Assembly (NCBI GenBank): GCA_963790025.1 | Contig: CAWBMP010000002.1 | Location: 64,001-128,000, forward strand | From: Nitrospirota bacterium | GTDB taxonomy: Bacteria; Nitrospirota; Thermodesulfovibrionia; Thermodesulfovibrionales; Dissulfurispiraceae | Length of the DNA stretch: 64,000 nt | Reading direction: 5' to 3' | Shown: piece by piece, positions 18,956 to 29,238 of the stretch | Numbering within the stretch: position 1 is the stretch's first letter | How the letters are laid out: every line of letters starts with the position of its first letter | The notes under the pieces: generated by a model | What the model was told of the DNA's origin: nothing | Database searches by the model: none | The model's input: only the letters and a program-made list of their open reading frames with translations | Made by a program: the position numbers and the translations under genes

Positions 18956-20338
18956 TTACTTTTTACGGTTGGCTTTATCTACCACCTTGGCTTCAGTATC
19001 CTTTGAACCGAGGGCGGCAAATACAACCATCTGTGCTGTGAGGTCAGTGCAGGCATAGTTTTCCATCGTGGTTCGGATGTCAGTATGCCCCAGCACTCCT
19101 TGAATCGCCTGTATCGGCACTCCGGCTGTGGCCGCCTGTGATGCCACGGAATGCCTTGTGCCGTTCTTAAGTTTTATCTGAACCTCTGCTTGTTTACACG
19201 CTTCATTCCACATATTGTTTACCGGCTTGATGGTGTATGGCCTGCCGGTCCTGGGGTTCAGGAATACATAGGCTTCGGGGAGTTTGTCTGCACACAGGTT
19301 CCTTAACATGGGTATCAATTCAGGGTTGATCATCCGAGGCTTCACCATTCTGGGCTTGGGACATTCTCTGATGATACGGTCTGAAAAGGTTCTGGCAACA
19401 GTGATAATGCCTCTTTCAAAATCAAAGTCTTTCACCTTCAGTGATCGTGCTTCTCCTGGGCGTATCCCCTGTCGTGTCAGGAATGTGAATATTGGTCTAT
19501 CAGGCTCGGGTATGAAGGAAAGTATTTTATCCTGGGTTTCCCGATCGGTCCACTTTGGTGGAGCTTTTAGGACTGAGATTCTTGGGAAGCCCTGTGGCTT
19601 TGTCTTTATAAACTCAAATTCGAGCATATCGTTAAAAAAGTTCTCCAGACAGTCCATAATGCCCTTCTGGTATTTGGGTCTATACTTACTGTTCAAGGAC
19701 TCGTAAAACTGCCGGATGTCATAAGAACGGATATTCCTGATATCCTTGTCTCTGAAATACTTCTTGTAAAAGTTCCTGATGTATGTTTTGTATGTTTTCA
19801 AGGTGCTGGGAGCCAGGTTATCCCGCTCTTTTCCATTTATCCATTCCTGTATCCGGGTTGAGAAGTAATATTTCGCCAGTTCGGCCTTCAAATAATCTTT
19901 CGGGTCGAAGGTATGTTTTTCAATTTCAGCTTCCATGCTTGAAAGGAGGTTATAGGCTCTCTGGAATGTATCGAGCGGCTGCCCCTGTTTGTCGCTAAAG
20001 AACCGTTGACGAGAGCCGTTCCAGCTAAGGTCAACATAGAAGTGTTTGGGGACGGTTTTATGTTTTGGGCAGATAAAGCCGTTCCTGCCTATAAGCATAA
20101 AAGGTCCATCGCATTTGGGGCATCTGCCCTTCGCCCTTATAGCTCCTGCCATGTCTAATCCTTCATTGACAAGTCCTAAAATGTTCTGAATAGCCTCAAG
20201 GCTATCCTCTGTCAACGCCCTTTTTTTCTTTCTCTGTACAGGACCATAGACCAGTTTATCGGGATCAGTCAAGCCTTGGATGCCGGTAGTTTGAGTCTTC
20301 TCCGGCTCATTGTTTTTCACTGTTTTTACAGACTTCAT
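18956..20338 (-). CDS. Tyrosine recombinase/integrase with N-terminal Zn-ribbon
   Basis: GIRPGEA, TRHS, LGHTDIRTTMENY catalytic motifs; CPKC...CPKH; alternative start at 20152. Confidence 0.92.
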   Translation of the reverse strand: MKSVKTVKNNEPEKTQTTGIQGLTDPDKLVYGPVQRKKKRALTEDSLEAIQNILGLVNEGLDMAGAIRAKGRCPKCDGPFMLIGRNGFICPKHKTVPKHFYVDLSWNGSRQRFFSDKQGQPLDTFQRAYNLLSSMEAEIEKHTFDPKDYLKAELAKYYFSTRIQEWINGKERDNLAPSTLKTYKTYIRNFYKKYFRDKDIRNIRSYDIRQFYESLNSKYRPKYQKGIMDCLENFFNDMLEFEFIKTKPQGFPRISVLKAPPKWTDRETQDKILSFIPEPDRPIFTFLTRQGIRPGEARSLKVKDFDFERGIITVARTFSDRIIRECPKPRMVKPRMINPELIPMLRNLCADKLPEAYVFLNPRTGRPYTIKPVNNMWNEACKQAEVQIKLKNGTRHSVASQAATAGVPIQAIQGVLGHTDIRTTMENYACTDLTAQMVVFAALGSKDTEAKVVDKANRKK

Positions 20339-20541
20339 AAATAAATAATCCTCCCATAAAATTTATACTCCTATTAGGCACGATCTCGAGCGCGGAAGCC
20401 AAGTTAAATCTGCATCCATTGCAATATTTTTTATTCCTCATAGTCCTATGACGCCATACAATCGGAGCGGAAGCCAAGCTCTTTCTTGCCATTGCAATTA
20501 AACAATACCGTTATGGCTGGTCCCGCCATAACGGGAAACAC

Positions 20542-22354
20542 CTACCACCTGATTTCACCTATTTCAGGCACCTCATCCTTGCCATAATCGACTCTATCCT
20601 TGTTCCCGGGGCCTCGCTTTTTCTTATTCACATTGACCACTTCTTTTTGTATTTCTACCTGTTGTTTTATGATGTTCTCCATGAGAAAGTCAGACTTTAA
20701 GAGAAATGATTCATTTCTGTCCCGATATGATTTATAGGCGAGTTTTGTCTTAGTAATATCGTAATTGGCTATCTTTACAAGGCATTCCAAGTCCCGGAGG
20801 CTCATAATGTCGGAGGGGAGGATAAGTCTTTCTGTTTTTCTTCTTTTGGTCTGGGAGTAGCCGTCTTTCGTGTGGGACACCCCATCGGAATAGGTTTCCT
20901 CCGTCTCCCAAAATTCCGTCTCACCTATCTTTCGGGATAGAAAATCAGCGGTAGTCGGGTCGGCAACCGAAAACAGAACGCTGTTCCCACAGGCGTTAAC
21001 AATTGCCTGGCGCAGCTGCTCGCTATAAATCTTATCCAGCTGCCCGATATCCTGAATACCCAGCCAGCAGGAGCCGCCCTTAGATCGAGAGAGCGTTAAT
21101 AGCCTCACGATAGTTGAAAGCTTCTGGAGAGTGCCCAGTTCATCCAGAAAAAAGAATATCCGCCGGTGGTAGTCATCTTTCATCGACAGGAGCCTTCTAC
21201 CCATAAGGTCGATAAAGAGGGACAGGATAGGCTTTAGTGTATCCTGCACATCAGCATAATTTGTTACGAATATCCACCCCTTCCCTCTTTCAAGCCAGTC
21301 AACTATTGAAAAGGATACCATCCAACTTCGACATATATTCAAAACTCTTCGTGAACTGCATAAGAACAGAAAACACTGACAGTGCCTGCTTGCTGGTGGG
21401 ATCCTCTATATACCTGCACCCTCTTTGCCCTCCGACAGTATGATTCATCCTTTCGGCAATATCTATGCCGGGGGCCGTGATTTCTTTCCAGATGTCGGCA
21501 TTGGATTTAGCTCCCCCCTGGTAAAGGTAGTGCAGAATACCGGCAAACACATCCCGGGCGGCATCGTTCCAAAAAGGATCTCCCATTAGAGCTTGAGGTA
21601 TCAGGCTGTGCGCGATGGCGTCGATATCCATGGCTGTGGTGATTTCATTAAAAATGCTCCAGCCCAGGCAGCGCCGGTCCAGAGGATTGAATAAGATGTC
21701 CGTATCCGGATTATAAAACCGGCTTACATAGTCCCCTTTGAAGTCATACACGATACCACGTTCACCTCGCTCTTTGAGCCTCTCCAGCACTTGGGACAGA
21801 AAAACCGTCTTACCGACGCCGGGCCGTCCAACAATAAAAGCATGTTTTGGCTCTGCCGATACCGGCAACCTGACTTCTCCAAGAGGCAGGGCTGCTTTCT
21901 CCTTATCTTTTTTAATTTGCTTCATTACCTCACGTTCAGTGATCAGGCTGGCTCCACGTTCATATTTCCGCTTCCTCTGCTTAACCGCTCGGAATTTGAA
22001 TATTCCAATAGCAAGGGGATAGAAAATATATACCACCCCGCACAGGAGGAAAATCCGCTTCATCCTATTACAATATTCATCCGCATAGGGAGCAACCACT
22101 TCACGCAATTTGCCTGCTGTCATGTGATATTCGGCACCGGATTCTCCTACAAGAGACATTTTGTAACTGTCTGGGACAAACTGAGCGAAGAGATATTTGA
22201 AGGAAATGTTTGTTTCTGTCCTGTATACAACCAGCCCCATAACCATGAATACTGATATATGAGCCATCACGAGTAACAACATCGTGTATAGGTGCATCTT
22301 CGCATTTAGCCTGACTGCATTCCACCAGAGTCCGAAGCCCTTGTATGATTCCAT
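20542..22354 (-). pseudogene. Type IV coupling protein (TrwB/TraD family), frameshifted near 21316
   Basis: Two TM segments, Walker A GRPGVGKT, YDFKGD, NPLDRRC, FW..AAR, LDELGTL, SRSKGG; span 1813 nt = 3n+1. Confidence 0.88.
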
Positions 22355-22623
22355 GTGCGCTCCCCTGATTAATATTGTGCTACCAGGGAGGTGAATGCTT
22401 ACAGGATAGGAGTTTTAGGGGCATCAATGCCCTGATCCTCATATACTTCTCTACTTTGCTTTCTGCATCGTAAGATAGCTGTTCTTCCTGCTAATAAACA
22501 TCGTTGCTTTTTGGTATAATGAGGCAGATTACAAAAGGGAACTGCCTCAAAAACACATGAATTGCCCAAAAAGTAAAGCATGAGGGTCAGGCAAAATTGC
22601 TAACTTATATTGGAGAATTGTAA

Positions 22624-24057
22624 ATGTCAACATTTTCGAAATTTTTTGGCATAAATAAAACCCAGGCTGAACTGGATTTTGTAGATGTGCCACTTAACAA
22701 GGATACGGCTCTCTTTATTGACCCATACGCCATATCGCAGAGAAGGGACTCTTGGAGCCAGTCATGTCATGAACTAATTAAGTACTTTTTTCAGTTGATC
22801 ATTGAAAGTATTCGGGCTGGCAACTATGATAAGGCTAAGGAATTATTGCTTTACCTAAAAGAACCGAATGAAACACGTCTTGGGTTCTCCAAGAATCGAC
22901 CACAAGGGGCCGGGATAGGTCACTTTCAAGCCGAGCAGCTTTACCGAGCAATCAGCGAGTCCACCGCTGTAAAAACTGGTTTTCTCTCTTCTCTAGAGGA
23001 ATGTGAGTTGATGATTGATGGCATTAGTAGAGATAAGATTTCAGACCTTACAACAAACATTATACGCAAAAAAATCGAAGAGTATACTATTGAACAATGT
23101 AAGCTCTATGATATATCGCTCCAAGAAGTTGCTCTTCCCCCGTATTTTTCGATAGAGGAGAACACTTGGGTAAGCGATTATTACCACCTCCCAGTCCATA
23201 AAAACAGGCCCATCCTTCTGGTTCCAAAGTTTGTTGCAAGATATTCACTTGATTATAATTCGGGTGATTATTATAACAATTACGTTATCAACTTTCTTCA
23301 AGCAGAAAACTTATCAGCTGGGAGCAGCCTTGTTAGAACTCTTAGGAATGGCAAAAGGGTCATTTACAGAAAAGATTTAAAAGCAAGATACCCTTTTTCC
23401 AAAAAATTTCTCTTTGAGTTTTCAAAGAGTAATCCAACAATTCTTGCAAACTATAGGGCAGCCTTGCGTGCCTTTGAAAAAAAACACCATGAGATAAACG
23501 AGGGATCAGAAGATGAGCAATTATTAGCTGATTCTCTGTCAATAGCTTTGCATAATATTCCTCCAGGTTCTGAATATGCTTCTTCTTATCACAATCTTAT
23601 GCTTGGTATTCTTGAATTTATATTTTATCCATATCTTATTTATCCGAGAAAAGAGAATGAAATTCACCAAGGACGGAGGCGTATAGATATTGTGATGGAG
23701 AATGGTGCTAAGTCTGGAATATTCAGAAGATTGCATGAGATACGTAAGATTCACTGCCCCTTTATATCAATTGAATGCAAGAATTATAAAACGGATGTAA
23801 CAAATCCAGAAATTGACCAATTGTCTGGTCGGTTTTCGCGTGATAGAGGAATCGTCGGTGTTCTATGCTGTCGAAGTTTTGAAGATGATAATCTTTTCAT
23901 AAAGCGGTGTGTTGATACTTTTAAGGATGGAAGAGGTCTCATAATTCATCTTGATGATAATAGGATAGAAGAGCTTCTCAGTTTAACGAGAAATAATAAG
24001 CGGAATCAGATGGATTCAAAAGTCACTGGCTACTTTGATGCAGTGCACTTTTCATAG
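22624..24057 (+). CDS. Putative restriction-endonuclease-fold defence protein
   Basis: C-terminal RRIDIV...ISIECKNY...DQLSGRF (PD-(D/E)xK); AT-rich. Confidence 0.6.
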   Translation: MSTFSKFFGINKTQAELDFVDVPLNKDTALFIDPYAISQRRDSWSQSCHELIKYFFQLIIESIRAGNYDKAKELLLYLKEPNETRLGFSKNRPQGAGIGHFQAEQLYRAISESTAVKTGFLSSLEECELMIDGISRDKISDLTTNIIRKKIEEYTIEQCKLYDISLQEVALPPYFSIEENTWVSDYYHLPVHKNRPILLVPKFVARYSLDYNSGDYYNNYVINFLQAENLSAGSSLVRTLRNGKRVIYRKDLKARYPFSKKFLFEFSKSNPTILANYRAALRAFEKKHHEINEGSEDEQLLADSLSIALHNIPPGSEYASSYHNLMLGILEFIFYPYLIYPRKENEIHQGRRRIDIVMENGAKSGIFRRLHEIRKIHCPFISIECKNYKTDVTNPEIDQLSGRFSRDRGIVGVLCCRSFEDDNLFIKRCVDTFKDGRGLIIHLDDNRIEELLSLTRNNKRNQMDSKVTGYFDAVHFS

Positions 24058-24076
24058 CCTTGAATGCTAAAGCATC

Positions 24077-25108
24077 ATGAGACAATTTACAGTCATAATA
24101 GAACAAATTAATCAGAGTAAGAACCTTATTCTTGAGAATGATACTGCCTCCCTCCGTATGGCGCTGATTTTACTTGATAATGCCGCCGAAATTCTCATGT
24201 ACAGAAAGGTGTTAAGTGAATTCGGCGATAACGAAATATGCCGAAAGATTCGCGAGCAGGCAAAGTCAGCACTGCCACCAGACGTTTTCGACAAATTTTT
24301 ATCTGAACACGCAGTACCGGAAATTCTTGAGGAAAAGAAAAAGAGAAAGATTATAAAGTATTTTGATGAAAAAATAACTTTTTTATGTGATGCCTGCGGT
24401 CATATCCCCGGCCCCGTGGGGGCAGTATTGTCTTCACTTCACAGGTACAGGAATGAAACATATCATCGTGACATAATACGAAACGAGATACTGCGTCCCA
24501 TTGCCATTCTTTATTTTGAATTGGTTTGTGAGCTTCTGACTTATCTACAACAAAGTGCCGTTAGTTACCATAGCGAAGACGATTGGTCGCATTTTTTCAC
24601 GAAGTTTGGCTTCGGCGAGAGGCAATATAAAATGAGGATGCTAAGTGATGAAGACATTGAAACAATCTTGAATAGATTCCGGGCGGAATTGTCAATCAAC
24701 TTAAATGAGCTAAGGGAGACTCTCCAAGAATATGCAATTAACAGACTCGACGAAACTTTAGACAGGCTCAACTTTATATCAGACACGATGGGTATCAAAT
24801 CATGCGATACCACTTTAAAACTCATGCAGTTCACGCAAACAAGTGAGTCTCTAAAATATAATAATAGAAACCTACTCCTCCAAAGCAAGAAATTTAATGA
24901 ATACGCAGCCCCGATTACAGCGGTCGTTTTCTTAAATTGGAAGACAAATGCACAGCATTTTGTTAGTCTCCAGGATAAACTTGACCTATTTATTGCCTTC
25001 AAGAACTTAGAAGATCAGTTTGAACCTATTGAACATAGAATATATGATGTCGCAGATAAATTAGATCAGGAAATTCAGTTTGCTATAGATTTGGCGCGAG
25101 GAAAATAG
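24077..25108 (+). CDS. HEPN-domain protein
   Basis: RMALILLDNAAE and RNETYH (Rx4H). Confidence 0.65.
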   Translation: MRQFTVIIEQINQSKNLILENDTASLRMALILLDNAAEILMYRKVLSEFGDNEICRKIREQAKSALPPDVFDKFLSEHAVPEILEEKKKRKIIKYFDEKITFLCDACGHIPGPVGAVLSSLHRYRNETYHRDIIRNEILRPIAILYFELVCELLTYLQQSAVSYHSEDDWSHFFTKFGFGERQYKMRMLSDEDIETILNRFRAELSINLNELRETLQEYAINRLDETLDRLNFISDTMGIKSCDTTLKLMQFTQTSESLKYNNRNLLLQSKKFNEYAAPITAVVFLNWKTNAQHFVSLQDKLDLFIAFKNLEDQFEPIEHRIYDVADKLDQEIQFAIDLARGK

Positions 25109-25158
25109 AGTTCTGAAATATGAAAATGCTAAAGAGATGTTAGAAGCTTGTACCGTCA

Positions 25159-27612
25159 TCACGTTTTCGACTGCAAATTCCAGAAAATATTCCCGCAGGG
25201 ACACTTTACATTCGCTGGAATCGTGCCTGCCATGTTAAGTCCAATTACTCCAGGGCACTCAGAACATCTGAATATCCCTTCCATATCCTGAAATGCTTCC
25301 ACTATCGGTAGAAAATCCTCTTTCGAGAAATCTCCCCATTTAGAATAATGGACATTTTCATTTATTCCCCATTGCTCCATCTGTGTACGCTGAATGATCT
25401 CAGCGGCCTGCGATTCCATTTCAGTATACTTTTCGACTTCTTCACGCTTGTTCCAGCTGTTTGCAGCATTCTTAGCTGATTTAAGGTGCTCCTTAAACGC
25501 CTTCTTCGCTCCATTAAGAAAATCCCCTAGCTCCCATCTGCCGTCACTCTTGTAGCAGACTTCCGCCTTCAGCGAGTCGCACACATTCTCATAGAAGAAT
25601 TCTAAGTGCTCTCTGAGTTGGTGAGCTGCTGACGCTATCTCGTTATTTTCCAATTTTCTTCGGATACCTTCCCACACATCACTATGCCCTTCTTGTCTTG
25701 GTCCGCTCTCTACCGTCCATGCCCTGAATTCAACCATGTTACGGCTGCGCACCACGCCATCAGTACTAAGCTGCCTTGCCCACGTCCTGTTGTGTGTTGT
25801 TATTATGAACTGGCTATCGGGAAAATGATGCTTTAGGAGTTTGCATATGTTTCTTCGATGGTTGCTGTCGATAGACATAACCACATCGTCAAGCATAATA
25901 AGTTTGACCTTATCCTCAGATATTTTTTTATTTAACGCTAAGTAAAGGCAGAGACCCATGCTGTCCTGATGCCCCTCGCTGTGAAGCGCTCGCGGGTGAT
26001 GTATGCCCCTACCATAGAAGGCCACCTTGAATTCAAGTTGGGCGCCTTCCGGTTTAAGTTCTGCATAAAAGTCTTTTTCGTCTTCACCATGCAAAAACTT
26101 GTAAAAGACGGTGAAATCCTGATTTACTGAATCATACAGATTTTCCAGAACCTTATCCTTGGTTTCGGTATAAGTCTTTGACAAAACAGTGGCGCGCTCG
26201 GCGAATTTAGTCGAACTCTCGTATTTTCCCTTTTCGCCAAAATACCTTGTGAGAATAGGCTTGAGTGCTGTCAACGCATCCCACGCTTCTTGTTCCGGCG
26301 TAAGCTTCACGACCCCTTCCGTAATCTTCTCAAGTTCTTTACAGTATGACTCGCAATTTTCACCAGCAATAAACATAGTGATGTCATCCTTATTAGGTTC
26401 TTCTAGCGGATAATCCTCCAATGCTTGCCTTAATGCATCAGCCCATGCAGTCAGCCTCTTTTTCCAGGCCTCCAAAGTATTCTTAATATTTTCCTGCCCG
26501 AGTTTTTCAGAAGCATCCACTATGGTACTTAAATAGCCAATGAGCTTCGTGATTTCGGTATCATTCTGAGTTGTGAGTTTGCGAATCTTTTCCTCTATTT
26601 CCTCTGCCTCTTTTGCCGTAAGAAGTCTCTGCCGAAGGAATATCTCAAGTTTACCAGGTTCCCATTTTGTCAGGCAAAGCGGACAAGAGCCTGTTTCATC
26701 AATCAAAGATATCCCCAAGTCAAGAAGCCTCTTGCCTGCAAGATCTCTCTTAAGCTTTTCATTTTCCTTCAATGTCCTGATTGTCTCTCTGAGATTTTTT
26801 TCTGTCTCATAAACTTGAGAGCCCATTTCGCGAATCAATTTATCTAAGGCGAACAAAGTCCTTTTAAGCGACTCCGGATCCACCTGGGTCTTTTCGTCCT
26901 TCGTTAACGGGCTTATGTACTCCTTCAGCTTATGTGATTCTAGGGAGTCAAGCGGATCTCCTTTGAGAATTGCTCGACAGGCATTTACCTTTTTCAATAC
27001 ACCTTCTTCCGAGAATCCTCCCAGTCCCAATGTCGTTTTTATGCTCGCCATAGAGGTCTCGTAGTTGGCCTTATCAGTCTGTACAGCCCTGTCCGCTTCT
27101 CTCTTTATTGTCACAAATACTTTTCGTATTTCCTCCAACCTGTCCAGATTGAGGATAGCCTGAATTTCTTCGGCTCTTTTGCCGGACTCTGCCGCTATGT
27201 ATTTCAATATTTCAGACCGAGATAGGACATGCTGGCCTTTCTCAGCAATCTCAAGGGTTTCTCCAAATATTTCCTGCGCTATATTTGGACAAATCAATTC
27301 TTTCGGCTTAGACATCTCTCTTCTCAATGGAATAGGCTCGTCAATTCCAGCTATCTCGATTTTTGCAGTTACCACTGCTGCCTCAGGCTCTGCGTCTATG
27401 TGAGGGCCGTGGTCTTTCAGGCTTATCCCTCTCGTTCCCCTTCCTGTCAGCCTGGATATATCTCCAGTGAAAAGGAATTCTATTGCATCTATGACAGCGC
27501 TTTTGCCGGTGCCGTTTGGCCCGTAAATCACGAGATTTTCGCCATTCGGCTTAAGGGAAATCCTATTTCTTATCCCTCTGACGTTTTCTATTTCAAACTC
27601 AAGAATTTTCAT
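25159..27612 (-). CDS. Rad50/RloC-like ABC ATPase with coiled coil and zinc hook
   Basis: GPNGTGKS, CPLC hook, HSEGH signature, LDDVVMSID, TTHN; C-terminal helical domain plus CxxC..CxC; ATG at 27612. Confidence 0.85.
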   Translation of the reverse strand: MKILEFEIENVRGIRNRISLKPNGENLVIYGPNGTGKSAVIDAIEFLFTGDISRLTGRGTRGISLKDHGPHIDAEPEAAVVTAKIEIAGIDEPIPLRREMSKPKELICPNIAQEIFGETLEIAEKGQHVLSRSEILKYIAAESGKRAEEIQAILNLDRLEEIRKVFVTIKREADRAVQTDKANYETSMASIKTTLGLGGFSEEGVLKKVNACRAILKGDPLDSLESHKLKEYISPLTKDEKTQVDPESLKRTLFALDKLIREMGSQVYETEKNLRETIRTLKENEKLKRDLAGKRLLDLGISLIDETGSCPLCLTKWEPGKLEIFLRQRLLTAKEAEEIEEKIRKLTTQNDTEITKLIGYLSTIVDASEKLGQENIKNTLEAWKKRLTAWADALRQALEDYPLEEPNKDDITMFIAGENCESYCKELEKITEGVVKLTPEQEAWDALTALKPILTRYFGEKGKYESSTKFAERATVLSKTYTETKDKVLENLYDSVNQDFTVFYKFLHGEDEKDFYAELKPEGAQLEFKVAFYGRGIHHPRALHSEGHQDSMGLCLYLALNKKISEDKVKLIMLDDVVMSIDSNHRRNICKLLKHHFPDSQFIITTHNRTWARQLSTDGVVRSRNMVEFRAWTVESGPRQEGHSDVWEGIRRKLENNEIASAAHQLREHLEFFYENVCDSLKAEVCYKSDGRWELGDFLNGAKKAFKEHLKSAKNAANSWNKREEVEKYTEMESQAAEIIQRTQMEQWGINENVHYSKWGDFSKEDFLPIVEAFQDMEGIFRCSECPGVIGLNMAGTIPANVKCPCGNIFWNLQSKT

Positions 27613-27778
27613 CGTTCTCTTCAATTTTAAGCAGCTTCGCTATATCATCTTTCCTTAAATCCCGGGAATGGAGGATCTTTTTAAGGGATTCGAGGTGCCC
27701 TTCATTTAGAAAGCCGGTTACTTCTAACTCTTCTATGAACTTATTTATTACTTGCTTGGATACAGATGTTAAAGCCAT
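27599..27778 (-). CDS. 59-aa hypothetical protein overlapping the ATPase start (not in ORF track)
   Basis: MALTSVSKQVINKFIEELE...KLLKIEENDENS; GGAG RBS; stop lies just inside the ATPase gene. Confidence 0.65.
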   Translation of the reverse strand: MALTSVSKQVINKFIEELEVTGFLNEGHLESLKKILHSRDLRKDDIAKLLKIEENDENS

Positions 27779-27879
27779 CTTTTCTTCTCCAAAGAGATGT
27801 TCAGAACGCCTGAAATATTAATTGCTTCAGTATATCTCGTAAGTCTGCTGATACTCAAGGGGAAATCAAATATCATCTA

Positions 27880-28224
27880 CTACTCGGACTGTTCTTTCAC
27901 CTTCTTATCCACTGTCTCAAGGTATTCAGAAAATTCCTGCGCTGATGCCCCCTGCAGTCTCCTGAACATCTCCTCAATAGCCACTCCGTTCCTGACGGCG
28001 TAATACAGATTTTTCCTAAGCCCCCTATCCAGCGCCATATCCCTTAACTCCTGAACTCCCTCCATTATCTGCCGTAGCCCGTGAATCACTTCTCTTTCCG
28101 GCACCCCTTGCCTGATGAGTTCCCTTACCATATCCGCAATTGTCATTCTCCTGTTGATGGCAATTTCATCCAAGCGCTCGTATTGATCCTCCGTCAGCCT
28201 TATACTTACCACTTTCGTTCGCAT
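27880..28224 (-). CDS. TrwA/MobC-like ribbon-helix-helix relaxosome accessory protein
   Basis: MRTKVVSIRLTEDQYERL...IADMVRELI; AGGAGG RBS; next to the oriT-like site. Confidence 0.7.
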   Translation of the reverse strand: MRTKVVSIRLTEDQYERLDEIAINRRMTIADMVRELIRQGVPEREVIHGLRQIMEGVQELRDMALDRGLRKNLYYAVRNGVAIEEMFRRLQGASAQEFSEYLETVDKKVKEQSE

Positions 28225-28244
28225 GCTCTGCCTCCTTTTTATGG

Positions 28245-28404
28245 GGCATGAATGCGAGGGCATGGCTGATTTTTGTAATCGGACGCAATCGCCGAAAGGA
28301 TGAATCATCTTTTCGGCGCGGCTGCCGGTGGCGATTACAGAAGGTGGCAGGCGGGCAGTGCCGGGAGTGGCAAGGGAAGTTGCGTTGGGTGTGAATGGTA
28401 CCAG
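28245..28404 (+). promoter_or_regulatory. Putative oriT (MOB-F-type nic at 28392/28393), copy 2
   Basis: TTGCGTTGGGTGT^GA; orientation relative to the RHH and coupling genes matches F/R388. Confidence 0.65.
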
Positions 28405-28768
28405 AGGTCTCAACCGTGGTGAACAATACCCAACGCTCTGATTGTATTTTGTCGGCTATACCGACACATTTCGGGAACAGGTCCAACATTGCCAGAACCT
28501 AAAAATTATGTGAATTGAAAAATCCAATAAATACAGAGCTGTTCTGTTTTACATATATTGATATTATCAGACGTTCGCCTTTGACGACTCCCGTGCCGGG
28601 ACACAAAATCCTGTCCTGAACCGGCATAGTAGGATTATTGTCACTTTGCCACGTTTGAACAAGCAGGAAAGTTCTATAATTCCAGCTTTACTTCTTCATC
28701 TGGCCTCCATGTATCGGCAGCCCCTTAAAGGAAACGCCCGGTTCGCATTCACCCATTACAAAGGAGAA

Positions 28769-29167
28769 ATGACGATGAAGAAAAAGATAAGGTTGACATT
28801 CAATGATAGTAACGACTTCGATGCTGTAATTATGAGCGCTCTATTACCGGGTAGTCTGCGCAGTACTACTATCAAGAGGCTAATGTATGATGCCATTATT
28901 GGCCCCCGGCGAGCCCCCGAAAGGACTCCAGCGAGGCTCCAAAGAGATACTGAAAAGCCCCATTATGAGACATCAGAGCGGCCCCGCCGAGACACTGAAC
29001 AGCCCCAGGGGAAACACACTTCTCTAGATACCAAGAAGAGCACTCTGTCGAGCGTCATGGGGGATTTCCTTGAAGATGAGCCCCTAACACCTCAAGCCGG
29101 GCAACGATTTACAAGCGAAGAGGACAGGAGAATCAATGAGAAATTGAAAAGACTGTCGATAATTTGA
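28769..29167 (+). CDS. Small protein divergent from oriT (StbA-like position)
   Basis: AAGGAG RBS before ATG 28769; N-terminal KKIRLTF beta-strand plus helices; low-complexity linker. Confidence 0.55.
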   Translation: MTMKKKIRLTFNDSNDFDAVIMSALLPGSLRSTTIKRLMYDAIIGPRRAPERTPARLQRDTEKPHYETSERPRRDTEQPQGKHTSLDTKKSTLSSVMGDFLEDEPLTPQAGQRFTSEEDRRINEKLKRLSII

Positions 29168-29238
29168 AATGTTGACCCACACACAGAAGACCTCGCAAAC
29201 GTCGGGCATGATCAGCAACCTATGAGGCACAAGCCGCG

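Noticed and set aside
20307..20492. 61-aa ORF as an excisionase
   Set aside because: No HTH signature; the region contains an imperfect ~75-bp duplication (GCGGAAGCCAAG...CCATTGCAAT) and may be non-coding
28225..28413. N-terminal extension of the RHH ORF given in the ORF track
   Set aside because: It runs through the oriT-like region; the RBS and the paralog support ATG 28224
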